A DNA stretch of 64,000 nucleotides from positions 1,347 to 65,346 of the forward strand of contig JAXLTM010000014.1 of assembly GCA_046330055.1 (NCBI GenBank), written 5' to 3'. Made by a program: the position numbers and the translations under genes. Numbering within the stretch: the stretch's first letter is position 1; every line of letters begins with the position of its first letter. This document shows positions 31,701 to 41,404 of the stretch, one piece after another. Below the pieces are notes generated by a model. It was not told where the DNA came from and made no database searches. It saw only the letters and a program-made list of their open reading frames with translations. The stretch is from Bacteroidia bacterium. GTDB lineage: Bacteria > Bacteroidota > Bacteroidia > AKYH767-A > 2013-40CM-41-45.

Positions 31701-33158
31701 AATACAATTAGTGCAGGGGGGTCAATTTGTTTAGTTGCTGATGCCGGAGGATCCGGAAATAACTTCACAAATACTGTATTCTCAGACGCAGCAAGCGGCA
31801 CTGCCGTTGCGACCGGTTCCGCTCCTTTTACAAATACTTACAAACCGGAAAATTTATTTAGCACATTAACCGGTAATCCTAACGGAACATGGACCATCAA
31901 AGTACTAGATGATGCAAACAGTAGCAGCAGCGGTACATTTTTGAATTGGTCGTTGTCAATGGATTTATCGGATGGCGTAACTTATACGTGGACATCTTCG
32001 CCGGCCGGATTTAACTCATCTCTTCAAAATCCCGGTGTAGTTTCACCAAGTGTTTCTACCAATTATCTGGTTACGGTTGCTAACCCGACTAATGGTTGTT
32101 CTACTCAGGCTTCAGTTGCAGTTACAAAGGACCCGCTCCTGAATGCCTCTTGTGTTGTAACGACTTCTGAAAGTTGTGCCGGTGCAGGTGATGGTTCAAT
32201 TACAGTAACCGCTAGTGGCGGAACTTCTCCTTATTCGAATGATGGTTTGTTTAGCGGCCTCACTGCAGGTACATATAGTTATACAGTTACCGATGATTTA
32301 GGTTGTCAGGCCTCTTGTTCTTCTACGATCAATGTTGTCGATAATGTATTCCCGACAATCAACTCTTGCCCTTCAAACATCTCATTAAACACTTCAGGTG
32401 CTTGTAATGCAATTGCAACCTGGACTGCTCCAACAGCTTCAGATAATTGTGCAGGCGTCACACTGACTTCCAACTACAATTCAGGAGATGCATTCCCGAT
32501 CGGAACAACCACTGTAACATATACTGCAACTGACGCCTCAAACAATGTGTCAACATGCAGCTTTACGGTAACTGTTGCTGATAATGAAAATCCTGTGATC
32601 ACTTGTCCTGCAAACATGTCGGTATCGGCAGATGCAGGTCAGTGCGGTGCAGTAGTGAACTTCGCAGTAAGTGCAACAGACAACTGTTCAGCTACGGTCG
32701 TTTCAACTCCTGCCAGCGGATCATTCTTCGCTCTTGGTACAACAACAGTAACCTCGACTGCAACAGATGCAAGTGGCAACACAACTTGTTCATTCGATGT
32801 AACAGTTTCAGATAACGAAAACCCTGTGATCACTTGCCCGCAAACATGTCGGTATCGGCAGATGCAGGTCAGTGCGGTGGTGGTGAACTTCGCAGTAAGT
32901 GCAACAGACAACTGTTCAGCAACAGTCGTTTCAACACCTGCCAGCGGATCATTCTTCGCTCTTGGTACAACCACGGTAACTTCGACTGCAACGGATGCAA
33001 GTGGTAACACTTCTACTTGTTCATTCGATGTAACAGTAACTGATAATGAATTCTGTAATCTCCGGTTGTTCTCCTGTATATCTGCCATCTGTTGGTTGCG
33101 GTTCTACTGCAACATGGTTGCTCCGACAGCATCTGATAATTGTGGAACACCAACCTGA
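28776..33158 (+). CDS. N-terminal open segment of the giant surface protein
   Basis: It has a signal (LLLSALLLLSGSTEA). P-domains lie at about 30.0-30.4 kb (...NPNGTWTLKVADG...ISTWEIAF) and about 31.5-31.96 kb (...NPNGTWTIKVLDD...FLNWSLSM). Four roughly 80-aa repeats (YNVTGGGSYC.GGSG...) and the first HYR units follow. Confidence 0.85.
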   Translation: MYTLTTLKEFFSGPSLSHTRSKGSSAFNSFLLLSALLLLSGSTEAAVSNYGFSQSSGTYSTVSTGTTLGSTSSDEQVFISSTSGTTPSGTSVSGTGFSIGFTFNYNGTNYSNFAVSTNGFIVLGNGTFSIAGNSSGFTTPISSSQTTGLVSTISGFGMDLQGQSGSTLRYATIGSSPNRTLVVQWAGFRRYNTSGENINFQIRLNETTNIVEVVYGSYTISGSTVKTAEIGIRGTTNADYNNRLITSGTNTWSTSYDGTANSSTCDLKNTLVPSSGQTYKWNPCTTLPSAPTVSDGTACGLSTVTLSGTAGAGGTAVNWYDALTAGNLLSTSSSYTTSAFTSTSSSTFYAETFDASTGCSSSPRTAVTATSLPTVIFDDGTASVTAPTASQTSVCPGGSSTLSISPARKFVNTPSSAVSIPDNNSTGVSLPLTVSGLSTSINGTTVKIAYVKVNITHSRVGQLSITLIAPDATTCNLSSNNGGNNANYQNTFFRTGAATNVTAGSAPFNGSYAPEQAMSVFNSKNPNGTWTLKVADGTNSTTGTISTWEIAFIDGNGLTYLWSNGSTSVSPTVTPSTTTSYSVTVTAPAGNCQATSGTVTVNAALPTAYNVTGGGSYCTGGSGFAVGLSNSQTGNTYQLLLNGVNSGSPVSGTGSSITFGTQTSAGSYTVVATNTAGGCTNTMNGSATITVNSLPNQFSVTGGGAFCSGGSGVVVGLSGSENGVNYQLKAGASNAGSPVAGTSSSISFGNQTTVATYTVVATNASTSCSATMIGSVSVSTNPLPTAYNVSGGGSYCSGGSGVTVSLSNSTSGFSYQLQLDGVDTGSPVSGTGSSLSFGNQTSAGTYTVIATNPSTGCTNSMNGSAVVTIKPVPTANASATNTLICGSGTTSLSSSGSSNSTSLQTQSVTVNTGIPNVSSAGITSTITISGAPVSMASVTNISVKVNITHGDDQDIEVYLIRPGGTISTSSNGSYFNTISAGGSICLVADAGGSGNNFTNTVFSDAASGTAVATGSAPFTNTYKPENLFSTLTGNPNGTWTIKVLDDANSSSSGTFLNWSLSMDLSDGVTYTWTSSPAGFNSSLQNPGVVSPSVSTNYLVTVANPTNGCSTQASVAVTKDPLLNASCVVTTSESCAGAGDGSITVTASGGTSPYSNDGLFSGLTAGTYSYTVTDDLGCQASCSSTINVVDNVFPTINSCPSNISLNTSGACNAIATWTAPTASDNCAGVTLTSNYNSGDAFPIGTTTVTYTATDASNNVSTCSFTVTVADNENPVITCPANMSVSADAGQCGAVVNFAVSATDNCSATVVSTPASGSFFALGTTTVTSTATDASGNTTCSFDVTVSDNENPVITCPQTCRYRQMQVSAVVVNFAVSATDNCSATVVSTPASGSFFALGTTTVTSTATDASGNTSTCSFDVTVTDNEFCNLRLFSCISAICWLRFYCNMVAPTASDNCGTPT

Positions 33159-36100
33159 CTTCAAATTATAATTCCGGTGACTTCTTTAATATAGGTACAA
33201 CAACAGTTCTTATACAGCAACTGATGCATCCGGTAATGTAACTACCTGCTCATTTGATGTAGTAATAACTGATAATGAAAATCGATCACTTGTCCTGCAA
33301 ACATATCGGTATCGGCAGATGCAGGTCAGTGTGGTGCAGTGGTGAACTTCGCAGTATCAGCAACAGACAACTGTTCAGCAACATCGTTTCAACTCCTGCC
33401 AGCGGATCATTCTTCGTTTGGTACAACAACGGTAACTTCGACTGCAACGGATGCAAGTGGTAACACGGCAACTTGTTCATTCGACGTAACTGTAAGTGAT
33501 AACGAAAATCCGGATCACTTGTCCTGCAAACATGTCAGTATCGGCAGATGCAGGTCATGCGGTGCAGTGGTGAACTTCGCAGTATCTGCAACAGACAACT
33601 GTTCAGCTACAGTCGTTTCAACCTGCCAGCGGATCATTCTTCGCTCTTGGTACAACAACAGTGACTTCAACTGCAACGGATGCAAGCGGTACACTGCTAC
33701 TTGTTCATTCGATGTAACAGTTTCAGATAACGAAAATCCTGTGATCACTTGCCCTGCAAATATGTCGGTATCGGCAGATGCAGGTCAGTGCGGTGCAGTG
33801 GTGAACTTCGCAGTAAGTGCAACAGACAACTGTTCAGCAACAGTCGTTTCAACACCTGCCAGCGGATCATTCTTCGCTCTTGGTACAACCACGGTAACTT
33901 CGACTGCAACGGATGCAAGTGGTAACACTTCTACTTGTTCATTCGATGTAACAGTAACTGATAATGAATTCCCTGTAATCTCCGGTTGTTCTCCTGTCAT
34001 CACTCTGGCGCCATCTGTTGGTTGCGGTTCTACTGCAACATGGATTGCTCCGACAGCATCTGATAATTGTGGAACACCAACCCTGACTTCAAATTATAAT
34101 TCCGGTGACTTCTTTAATATAGGTACAACAACAGTTACTTATACAGCAACTGATGCATCCGGTAATGTAACTACCTGCTCATTTGATGTAGTAATAACTG
34201 ATAATGAAAATCCTGTGATCACTTGTCCTGCAAACATATCGGTATCGGCAGATGCAGGTCAGTGTGGTGCAGTGGTGAACTTCGCAGTATCAGCAACAGA
34301 CAACTGTTCAGCAACAGTCGTTTCAACTCCTGCCAGCGGATCATTCTTCGCTCTTGGTACAACAACGGTAACTTCGACTGCAACGGATGCAAGTGGTAAT
34401 ACTGCTACTTGTTCATTCGACGTAACAGTTTCAGATAACGAAAATCCTGTGATCACTTGCCCTGCAAACATGTCGGTATCGGCAGATGCAGGTCAGTGTG
34501 GTGCAGTGGTGAACTTCGCAGTAAGTGCAACAGACAATTGTTCAGCAACGGTCGTTTCAACACCTGCAAGCGGATCATTCTTCGCTCTTGGTACAACAAC
34601 AGTAACCTCGACTGCAACAGATGCAAGTGGCAACACGGCAACTTGTTCATTCGATGTAACAGTTTCAGATAACGAAAACCCTGTGATCACTTGTCCTGCA
34701 AACATGTCGGTATCGGCAGATGCAGGTCAGTGTGGTGCAGTGGTGAACTTCGCAGTAAGTGCGACAGACAACTGTTCAGCAACAGTCGTTTCAACACCTG
34801 CAAGCGGAAGCTTCTTCTGCTCTGGGTACAACAACGGTAACTTCGACTGCAACGGACGCAAGTGGTAACACGGCGACTTGTTCATTCGACGTAACGGTCT
34901 TCTGATAACGAAAATCCTGTGATCACTTGTCCTGCAAACATATCGGTATCGGCGGATGCAGGTCAGTGCGGCGCAGTGGTTAATCAGCAACTGCTACTAT
35001 CGATAATTGTTCGGCAAACGTGGTTTCTTCACCTGCGAGTGGTTCATTCTTCACTGTAGGTACAACAACAGTAACTTCAACAGCTACGGATGCTGCCGGT
35101 AATACTTCTACATGTACATTTGATGTAACAGTAACTGACGGTGAAAATCCTGTGATCTCTTGTCCTGCAAACATGTCGGTATCGGCGGATGCGGGTCAGT
35201 GCAGCCAGTGATACTTCAGTAACTGCAACTGATAATTGTTCAGCAAACGTGGTTCTTCACCAGGCAAGCGGTTCATTCTTCGCTGTAGGTACAACCACTG
35301 TAACTTCGACTGCGACAGATGCGGCGGGTAACTCAGTAAGCTGTTCATTCGATGTAACAGTAACTGACGGTGAAAACCCTGTAATCTCTTGCCCTGCTAA
35401 CATGTCGGTATCGGCGGATGCAGGTCAGTGCGGAGCAGTGGTTAACTTCTCGGTAACTGCTACTGACAACTGTTCAGCAAGCGTAGTTTCATCTCCTGCA
35501 AGTGGATCATTCTTCACTGTAGGTGACAACAACAATAACTTCAACAGCTACTGATGCTGCCGGTAATACTTCTTCTTGTTCATTCTGATGTAACAGTGCA
35601 ATCTGATGGTAGAAAATCCTGTGATCTCTTGCCCTGCAAATATGTCGGTATCGTCGGATGCAGGTCAGTGTGGCGCAGTGGCGTTAACTTCTCGGTAACT
35701 GCAACTGACAACTGTTCAGCAAACGTAGTTTCAGTTCCTGCAAGTGGTTCATTCTTCGCTGTAGGTACAACAACAGTAACTTCTACAGCTACTGATCGCT
35801 GCCGGAAATACATCTACTTGCTCATTCGATGTAACAGTAGCTGACGGTGAAAACCCTCGCGTGATCTCTTGCCCTGCTAACATGTCGGTATCGGCGGATG
35901 CGAGGTCAATGTGGCGCTGTAGTTAACTTCTCAGTAACTGCTACTGATAATTGTTCAGCAAACGTGGTTTCTTCACCAGCAAGCGGTTCATTCTTCTGCT
36001 GTAGAGAGTACAACCACTGTAACTTCGACTGCGACAGATGCGGCGGGTAACTCTCAGTAAGCTGTTCATTTGATGTAACAGTAACTGATGGTGAAACCGG

Positions 36101-39100
36101 TGATCTCTTGTCCTGCTAACATGTCGGTATCATCGGATGCAGGTCAATGTGGCGCAGTGGTTAACTTCTCGTGAACTGCAACTGACAACTGTTCAGCAAA
36201 CGTAGTTTCATCTCCTGCAAGCGGTTCATTCTTCACTGTAGGAACAACAACCGTAACTTCTACAGCTACAGATGCTGCCGGTAAGCACTTCTACTTGTTC
36301 ATTCAATGTAACAGTAACTGACAGTGAAAATCCTGTGATCTCTTGTCCTGCAAACATGTCGGTATCGGCGGATGCAGGTCAGTGTGGCGCAGTGGTTAAC
36401 TTCTCGGTAACTGCAACTGACAACTGTTCAGCAAACGTAGTTTCAACTCCTGCCAGCGGATCATTCTTCGCTGTGGGAACAACAACCGTAACTTCAACAG
36501 CTACGGATGCTGCCGGTAATACTTCTACTTGTTCATTTGATGTAACAGTAACAGACGGTGAAAATCCTGTGATCTCTTGTCCTGCTAACATGTCGGTATC
36601 GGCGGATGCAGGTCAGTGTGGCGCGCAGTGGTTAACTCTCAGTAACTGCTACTGATAATTGTTCAGCAAACGTGGTTTCAACTCCTGCAAAGTGGATCAT
36701 TCTTCACTGTAGGTACAACAACTGTAACTTCAACAGCTACGGATGCTGCCGGAAATACTTCTACTTGTTCATTCGATGTAACAGTAACAGACGGTGAAAA
36801 CCCTGCTGATCTCTTGTCCTGCTAACATGTCGGTATCGGCGGATGCAGGTCAGTGCGGCGCAAGTGGTTTAATCAGTAACTGCTACTGATAATTGTTCGG
36901 CAAACGTGGTTTCTTCACCTGCGAGTGGTTCATTCTTCACTGTAGGTACAACAACAGTAACTTCAACAGCTACGGATGCTGCCGGTAATACTTCTACATG
37001 TACATTTGATGCGTAACAGTAACTGACGGTGAAAATCCCTGCGGATCCTGTCCTGCAAACATGTCGGTATCGGCGGATGCAGGTCAGTGCGGTGCAGTGG
37101 TGAACTTCTCAGTAACTGCAACTGATAATTGTTCAGCAAACGTGGTTTCTTCACCAGCAAGCGGTTCATTCTTCGCTGTAGGTACAACCACTGTAACTTC
37201 GACTGCGACAGATGCGGCGGGTAACTCAGTAAGCTGTTCATTCGATGTAACAGTAACTGACGGTGAAAACCCTGTAATCTCTTGCCCTGCTAACATGTCG
37301 GTATCGGCGGATGCAGGTCAGTGCGGAGCAGTGGTTAACTTCTCGGTAACTGCTACTGACAACTGTTCAGCAAGCGTAGTTTCATCTCCTGCAAGTGGAT
37401 CATTCTTCACTGTAGGTACAACAACAGTAACTTCAACAGCTACTGATGCTGCCGGTAATACTTCTTCTTGTTCATTCGATGTAACAGTAACTGATGGTGA
37501 AAATCCTGTGATCTCTTGCCCTGCAAATATGTCGGTATCGTCGGATGCAGGTCAGTGTGGCGCAGTGGTTAACTTCTCGGTAACTGCAACTGACAACTGT
37601 TCAGCAAACGTAGTTTCAGTTCCTGCAAGTGGTTCATTCTTCGCTGTAGGTACAACAACAGTAACTTCTACAGCTACTGACGCTGCCGGAAATACATCTA
37701 CTTGCTCATTCGATGTAACAGTAGCTGACGGTGAAAACCCTGTGATCTCTTGCCCTGCTAACATGTCGGTATCGGCGGATGCAGGTCAATGTGGCGCTGT
37801 AGTTAACTTCTCAGTAACTGCTACTGATAATTGTTCAGCAAACGTGGTTTCTTCACCAGCAAGCGGTTCATTCTTCGCTGTAGGTACAACCACTGTAACT
37901 TCGACTGCGACAGATGCGGCGGGTAACTCAGTAAGCTGTTCATTTGATGTAACAGTAACTGATGGTGAGAATCCGGTGATCTCTTGTCCTGCTAACATGT
38001 CGGTATCATCGGATGCAGGTCAATGTGGCGCAGTGGTTAACTTCTCGGTAACTGCAACTGACAACTGTTCAGCAAACGTAGTTTCATCTCCTGCAAGCGG
38101 TTCATTCTTCACTGTAGGAACAACAACCGTAACTTCTACAGCTACAGATGCTGCCGGTAATACTTCTACTTGTTCATTCAATGTAACAGTAACTGACGGT
38201 GAAAATCCTGTGATCTCTTGTCCTGCAAACATGTCGGTATCGGCGGATGCAGGTCAGTGTGGCGCAGTGGTTAACTTCTCGGTAACTGCAACTGACAACT
38301 GTTCAGCAAACGTAGTTTCTTCACCTGCGAGTGGATCGTACTTCACTGTAGGTACAACAACAGTAACTTCAACAGCTACGGATGCTGCCGGTAATACTTC
38401 TAATTGTTCATTCAATGTAACAGTAACTGACGGTGAAAATCCTGTGATCTCTTGTCCTGCTAACATGTCGGTATCGGCGGATGCAGGTCAGTGCGGTGCA
38501 GTGGTGAACTTCTCGGTAACTGCTACTGACAACTGTTCAGCAAGCGTAGTTTCTTCACCAGCAAGTGGTTCATTCTTCACTGTAGGTACAACAACAGTAA
38601 CTTCAACAGCTACTGATGCTGCCGGTAATACTTCAACTTGTTCATTCGATGTAACAGTAACTGACGGTGAAAACCCTGTGATCTCCTGTCCTGCTAACAT
38701 GTCGGTATCGGCGGATGCAGGTCAGTGCGGCGCAGTGGTCAACTTCTCGGTAACTGCAACTGACAACTGTTCGGCTACGGTCGTTTCAACTCCTGCCAGC
38801 GGATCATTCTTCGCTCTTGGTACAACGACGGTAACTTCAACTGCAACGGATGCCAGCGGTAACACTGCTACTTGTTCATTCGATGTAACGGTAACAGATA
38901 ATGAATACCCTGTTATTTCAGGATGTCCGGGAAATATTACCTCTAACATTCCGGTGGTAAGCTGGACAGCTCCGGTTGCTACGGACAATTGCTCAGCTAC
39001 CTTATCTTCGAACTACAATCCGGGTTCGACATTCCCGCTGGGAACAACGACTGTAACCTATACTGCAACTGATGCTGCGGGAAATCAAGCTACTTGCACA

Positions 39101-39120
39101 TTTGATGTAACGGTAGTTAA
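32338..39120 (+). repeat. About 29 tandem 234-bp (78-codon) HYR-domain coding units in two subfamilies
   Basis: The 234-bp phase shows up as identical shadow ORFs at 37786, 38020, 38254, 38488 and 38722. Type A runs about 32.58-34.9 kb and type B about 34.9-38.7 kb. Confidence 0.95.
33339..34868 (+). CDS. Internal open segment consisting of HYR units (type A)
   Basis: It repeats ENPVITCPANMSVSADAGQCGAVVNFAVSATDNCSATVVSTPASGSFFALGTTTVTSTATDASGNT.TCSFDVTV. Confidence 0.7.
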   Translation: MVNFAVSATDNCSATSFQLLPADHSSFGTTTVTSTATDASGNTATCSFDVTVSDNENPDHLSCKHVSIGRCRSCGAVVNFAVSATDNCSATVVSTCQRIILRSWYNNSDFNCNGCKRYTATCSFDVTVSDNENPVITCPANMSVSADAGQCGAVVNFAVSATDNCSATVVSTPASGSFFALGTTTVTSTATDASGNTSTCSFDVTVTDNEFPVISGCSPVITLAPSVGCGSTATWIAPTASDNCGTPTLTSNYNSGDFFNIGTTTVTYTATDASGNVTTCSFDVVITDNENPVITCPANISVSADAGQCGAVVNFAVSATDNCSATVVSTPASGSFFALGTTTVTSTATDASGNTATCSFDVTVSDNENPVITCPANMSVSADAGQCGAVVNFAVSATDNCSATVVSTPASGSFFALGTTTVTSTATDASGNTATCSFDVTVSDNENPVITCPANMSVSADAGQCGAVVNFAVSATDNCSATVVSTPASGSFFCSGYNNGNFDCNGRKW

Positions 39121-40984
39121 TCCTTCAACTGCTGCATCATCAATAAACAGCACGGCAGGATTGAATATCTGCAGTGGAACAACGACTATTCTTACTCCGA
39201 TAGGAGGAACATTAGGCGGAGGTGCACAATGGGTATGGTATGCAAATGCATGCGGTGGCAGTCCGATTGGAACAGGGCCATCACTCACAGTAACTCCATC
39301 GGTTACGACAACTTATTATGTTCGTGCAGAAGATGCCTACTTTACTACTGCCTGTGCTTCAGTGACGATTACACTTACAACAGGTTTGCCTGGCGGTAAT
39401 GTGAATATCGTTGGTGGTATTGCGAATGCATGTAACGGAACTACAGCAGTATTCTCAGTAAATAGTGTTCCGAACACAACAGCTTATGTATGGACAGCTC
39501 CTTCAGGAACGCTGATTAATGGTCAGTCGGGTACTGTAGCGGTAACAGATACTTTCGTAACTGTAAGCTTCGGTACATTGCCAATTGGCGTTTCAGGATA
39601 TAACCTGTGTGTTTATGCATCAAATCCTTGCGGTTCAACACTCAGTAAATGTTCATGGGTACGTGGTCAGCTCAGTACTCCGACATTCTTCACAGCTCCT
39701 GCTGTAGTGTGTCTAAATACACCGGTAACCTTCTCTGTACAAACTCAATCAGGTGCTTCTGCCTATACATGGACTGCAACCGGTGGTGCAACCATCTCCG
39801 GTAACGGTAACCCAACGGTTACCATTACCTTCCCGAACGGTTTCACAACCGGTACTGTATCTGTGACAGCATCACTGCCATGTGGTAATCCAAGTCCGGC
39901 ACGTTCAATTACGGTAACAAGTGCTCCGGCATTACCGGGTGCGATGTCAGGACCACAAGTAGTTTGTCCTGGTTCAACTCAGAACTACAGCATCGTTGCT
40001 GTGCCGGGAGCTTCAACTTACACATGGACTGTTCCTGCAGGCTGTACCTTCACAGGCAGCGGAACAAGCATCAGTGTTACATTCCCTGCAAACTTTGTAT
40101 CAGGAAGCGTATGTGTAACAGCAGGAAGTTCTTGTGGTACAAACAGTGCTCAGCGTTGTAAATCAGTTTCAACAGGTAAGCTCCCGACTCCGGGTAACAT
40201 TACAGGTGATCCTACAACCGGTGTTTGCGGTGCCTTGTATCAATACTCAATTCCTTCACTGGCAAATGCAACACTCGGTTATACATGGACAATTCCTGCC
40301 GGTGTAACGGTAGTTGGTCCGTCAAACAGCAACAGTATCACGCTGCAATTCCCAAGCAATTTCGTTTCAGGTACGCTTGCCGTACATGGTAACAACGATT
40401 GCGGAGCAGGATATGATCGTACGATTTCTGTATACGGTAATCCATCCACTCCTGGTGCTATCAGCGGTAACCAAAGTGTTTGTAACGGAAGCGTGGAACT
40501 CTATACATGGGCTCCGGTGCCGGGCGCAACTCAATACCAGGTATTCGCTCCTGTAGGCGCAACGATCCTCAGCGGTAACGTAACTACAAGCACGTTCACA
40601 CTGATTCAGTGGGGTGCAACAGGTGGTAACGTAAGTATCAAAGCCGTGAATGGTTGTGGTGTTTCCGGAACACGCGTGCTGGCTTGTTCAATCACTTGCC
40701 GTATGTCGAATCTTAACACGAAAGAAGAAGTAGCAGCAGTAGAAGCTTATCCGAATCCGAACCATGGTCAATTCAAGGTAAGCATCGACAGCAAAGTGGA
40801 AAGAAAATATTCACTTTCACTCCTCGATCAGGCCGGCCGGGTGCTTCGTCAAATCGATGTGAATGCAACCGAAGGCCTCACCGTTCAGGAATTTGACCTC
40901 GATGGTATCGCAGCCGGAATGTACTTCCTCCGTGTTGAGTCACTTGGTCTTGAAACCATCAATAAGCAAATTGTTATTCAATAA
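37061..40984 (+). CDS. C-terminal open segment: 8 HYR units, Ig/PKD-like repeats and the T9SS sorting domain
   Basis: It is a 1307-aa ORF with perfect 78-aa periodicity up to about 39.1 kb and ends with the CTD. Confidence 0.85.
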   Translation: MSVSADAGQCGAVVNFSVTATDNCSANVVSSPASGSFFAVGTTTVTSTATDAAGNSVSCSFDVTVTDGENPVISCPANMSVSADAGQCGAVVNFSVTATDNCSASVVSSPASGSFFTVGTTTVTSTATDAAGNTSSCSFDVTVTDGENPVISCPANMSVSSDAGQCGAVVNFSVTATDNCSANVVSVPASGSFFAVGTTTVTSTATDAAGNTSTCSFDVTVADGENPVISCPANMSVSADAGQCGAVVNFSVTATDNCSANVVSSPASGSFFAVGTTTVTSTATDAAGNSVSCSFDVTVTDGENPVISCPANMSVSSDAGQCGAVVNFSVTATDNCSANVVSSPASGSFFTVGTTTVTSTATDAAGNTSTCSFNVTVTDGENPVISCPANMSVSADAGQCGAVVNFSVTATDNCSANVVSSPASGSYFTVGTTTVTSTATDAAGNTSNCSFNVTVTDGENPVISCPANMSVSADAGQCGAVVNFSVTATDNCSASVVSSPASGSFFTVGTTTVTSTATDAAGNTSTCSFDVTVTDGENPVISCPANMSVSADAGQCGAVVNFSVTATDNCSATVVSTPASGSFFALGTTTVTSTATDASGNTATCSFDVTVTDNEYPVISGCPGNITSNIPVVSWTAPVATDNCSATLSSNYNPGSTFPLGTTTVTYTATDAAGNQATCTFDVTVVNPSTAASSINSTAGLNICSGTTTILTPIGGTLGGGAQWVWYANACGGSPIGTGPSLTVTPSVTTTYYVRAEDAYFTTACASVTITLTTGLPGGNVNIVGGIANACNGTTAVFSVNSVPNTTAYVWTAPSGTLINGQSGTVAVTDTFVTVSFGTLPIGVSGYNLCVYASNPCGSTLSKCSWVRGQLSTPTFFTAPAVVCLNTPVTFSVQTQSGASAYTWTATGGATISGNGNPTVTITFPNGFTTGTVSVTASLPCGNPSPARSITVTSAPALPGAMSGPQVVCPGSTQNYSIVAVPGASTYTWTVPAGCTFTGSGTSISVTFPANFVSGSVCVTAGSSCGTNSAQRCKSVSTGKLPTPGNITGDPTTGVCGALYQYSIPSLANATLGYTWTIPAGVTVVGPSNSNSITLQFPSNFVSGTLAVHGNNDCGAGYDRTISVYGNPSTPGAISGNQSVCNGSVELYTWAPVPGATQYQVFAPVGATILSGNVTTSTFTLIQWGATGGNVSIKAVNGCGVSGTRVLACSITCRMSNLNTKEEVAAVEAYPNPNHGQFKVSIDSKVERKYSLSLLDQAGRVLRQIDVNATEGLTVQEFDLDGIAAGMYFLRVESLGLETINKQIVIQ
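40742..40981 (+). other. T9SS (Por) C-terminal sorting domain
   Basis: The sequence is EAYPNPNHGQFKVSIDS...LLDQAGRVLRQIDV...LDGIAAGMYFLRVES...NKQIVIQ. Confidence 0.85.
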
Positions 40985-41011
40985 TCAGTAAAAATATTTC
41001 TTACGGGGAAA

Positions 41012-41044
41012 GGGTCTCGCAGATTTCGCGGGATCCTTTTTTTT
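41012..41044 (+). terminator. Intrinsic terminator of the giant gene
   Basis: GGGTCTCGC-AGATTTC-GCGGGATCC forms a 9-bp stem with 2 G-U pairs, followed by T8. Confidence 0.6.
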
Positions 41045-41113
41045 GTAAGTAGTAATTGGTAAGTAGTAATTATAATTAGTAATTAGTAATTAGTAATTAG
41101 TAATTAGTAATTA
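41045..41113. repeat. Tandem heptamers (GTAAGTA/GTAATTG/TAATTAG), about 10 units, inverted relative to 28300-28381
   Basis: Read directly. Confidence 0.95.
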
Positions 41114-41130
41114 TGGGATTTTTGGAAATT

Positions 41131-41166
41131 TAGAATTCAGAATTCAGAATTCAGAATTCAGAATTG
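41131..41166. repeat. Tandem heptamer (AGAATTC), about 5 units
   Basis: Read directly. Confidence 0.95.
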
Positions 41167-41208
41167 ATCTCCCCAGGCCGCCAAACAATAATTCAAAAAA
41201 AATCTGCG

Positions 41209-41243
41209 CACATCTGCGTGAGTAATCTGCGAAATCTGCGTGA
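41209..41243. repeat. Irregularly spaced ATCTGCG words (4 copies)
   Basis: The sequence reads AATCTGCGCACATCTGCGTGAGTAATCTGCGAAATCTGCGTGA. Similar TCTGCG words recur at 59942-59980. Confidence 0.7.
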
Positions 41244-41285
41244 AATAAATTTCCTGTAATCAGTACCAAATTGGCTAGTGGTTTT

Positions 41286-41313
41286 CAGAATTCAGAATTC
41301 AGAATTCAGAATT
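41286..41313. repeat. Tandem heptamer (CAGAATT) x4
   Basis: Read directly. Confidence 0.95.
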
Positions 41314-41404
41314 ACCTTCCGTGCAACTGCACAATATTCCCCATTTTTCCGAAACCTTTTCAACCTATTCAAGTAGATATTTATTACCCCGTACTACGGG
41401 TTGG

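Larger units (their letters stand above)
28776..40984 (+). pseudogene. Giant (about 4,070 codons if intact) T9SS-secreted surface protein. It contains two proprotein-convertase P-domains, Ig-like repeats, about 29 HYR units, more Ig/PKD-like repeats and a C-terminal sorting domain. The frame is interrupted many times between about 32.8 and 37.06 kb.
   Basis: The locus is one continuous co-linear coding-like region with a signal peptide at the N-terminus, a T9SS CTD at the C-terminus and a terminator after the stop. The interior ORFs are all fragments of the same repeat. Confidence 0.85.

Noticed and set aside
32639-38988. A series of nearly identical minus-strand ORFs of about 70 aa (MLAGQEITGFSPSVTVTSNEQ...) spaced every 234 bp
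   Set aside because: They are antisense shadow frames of the HYR coding repeat. Their periodicity just mirrors the plus-strand unit, and each starts and stops at the same repeat phase.
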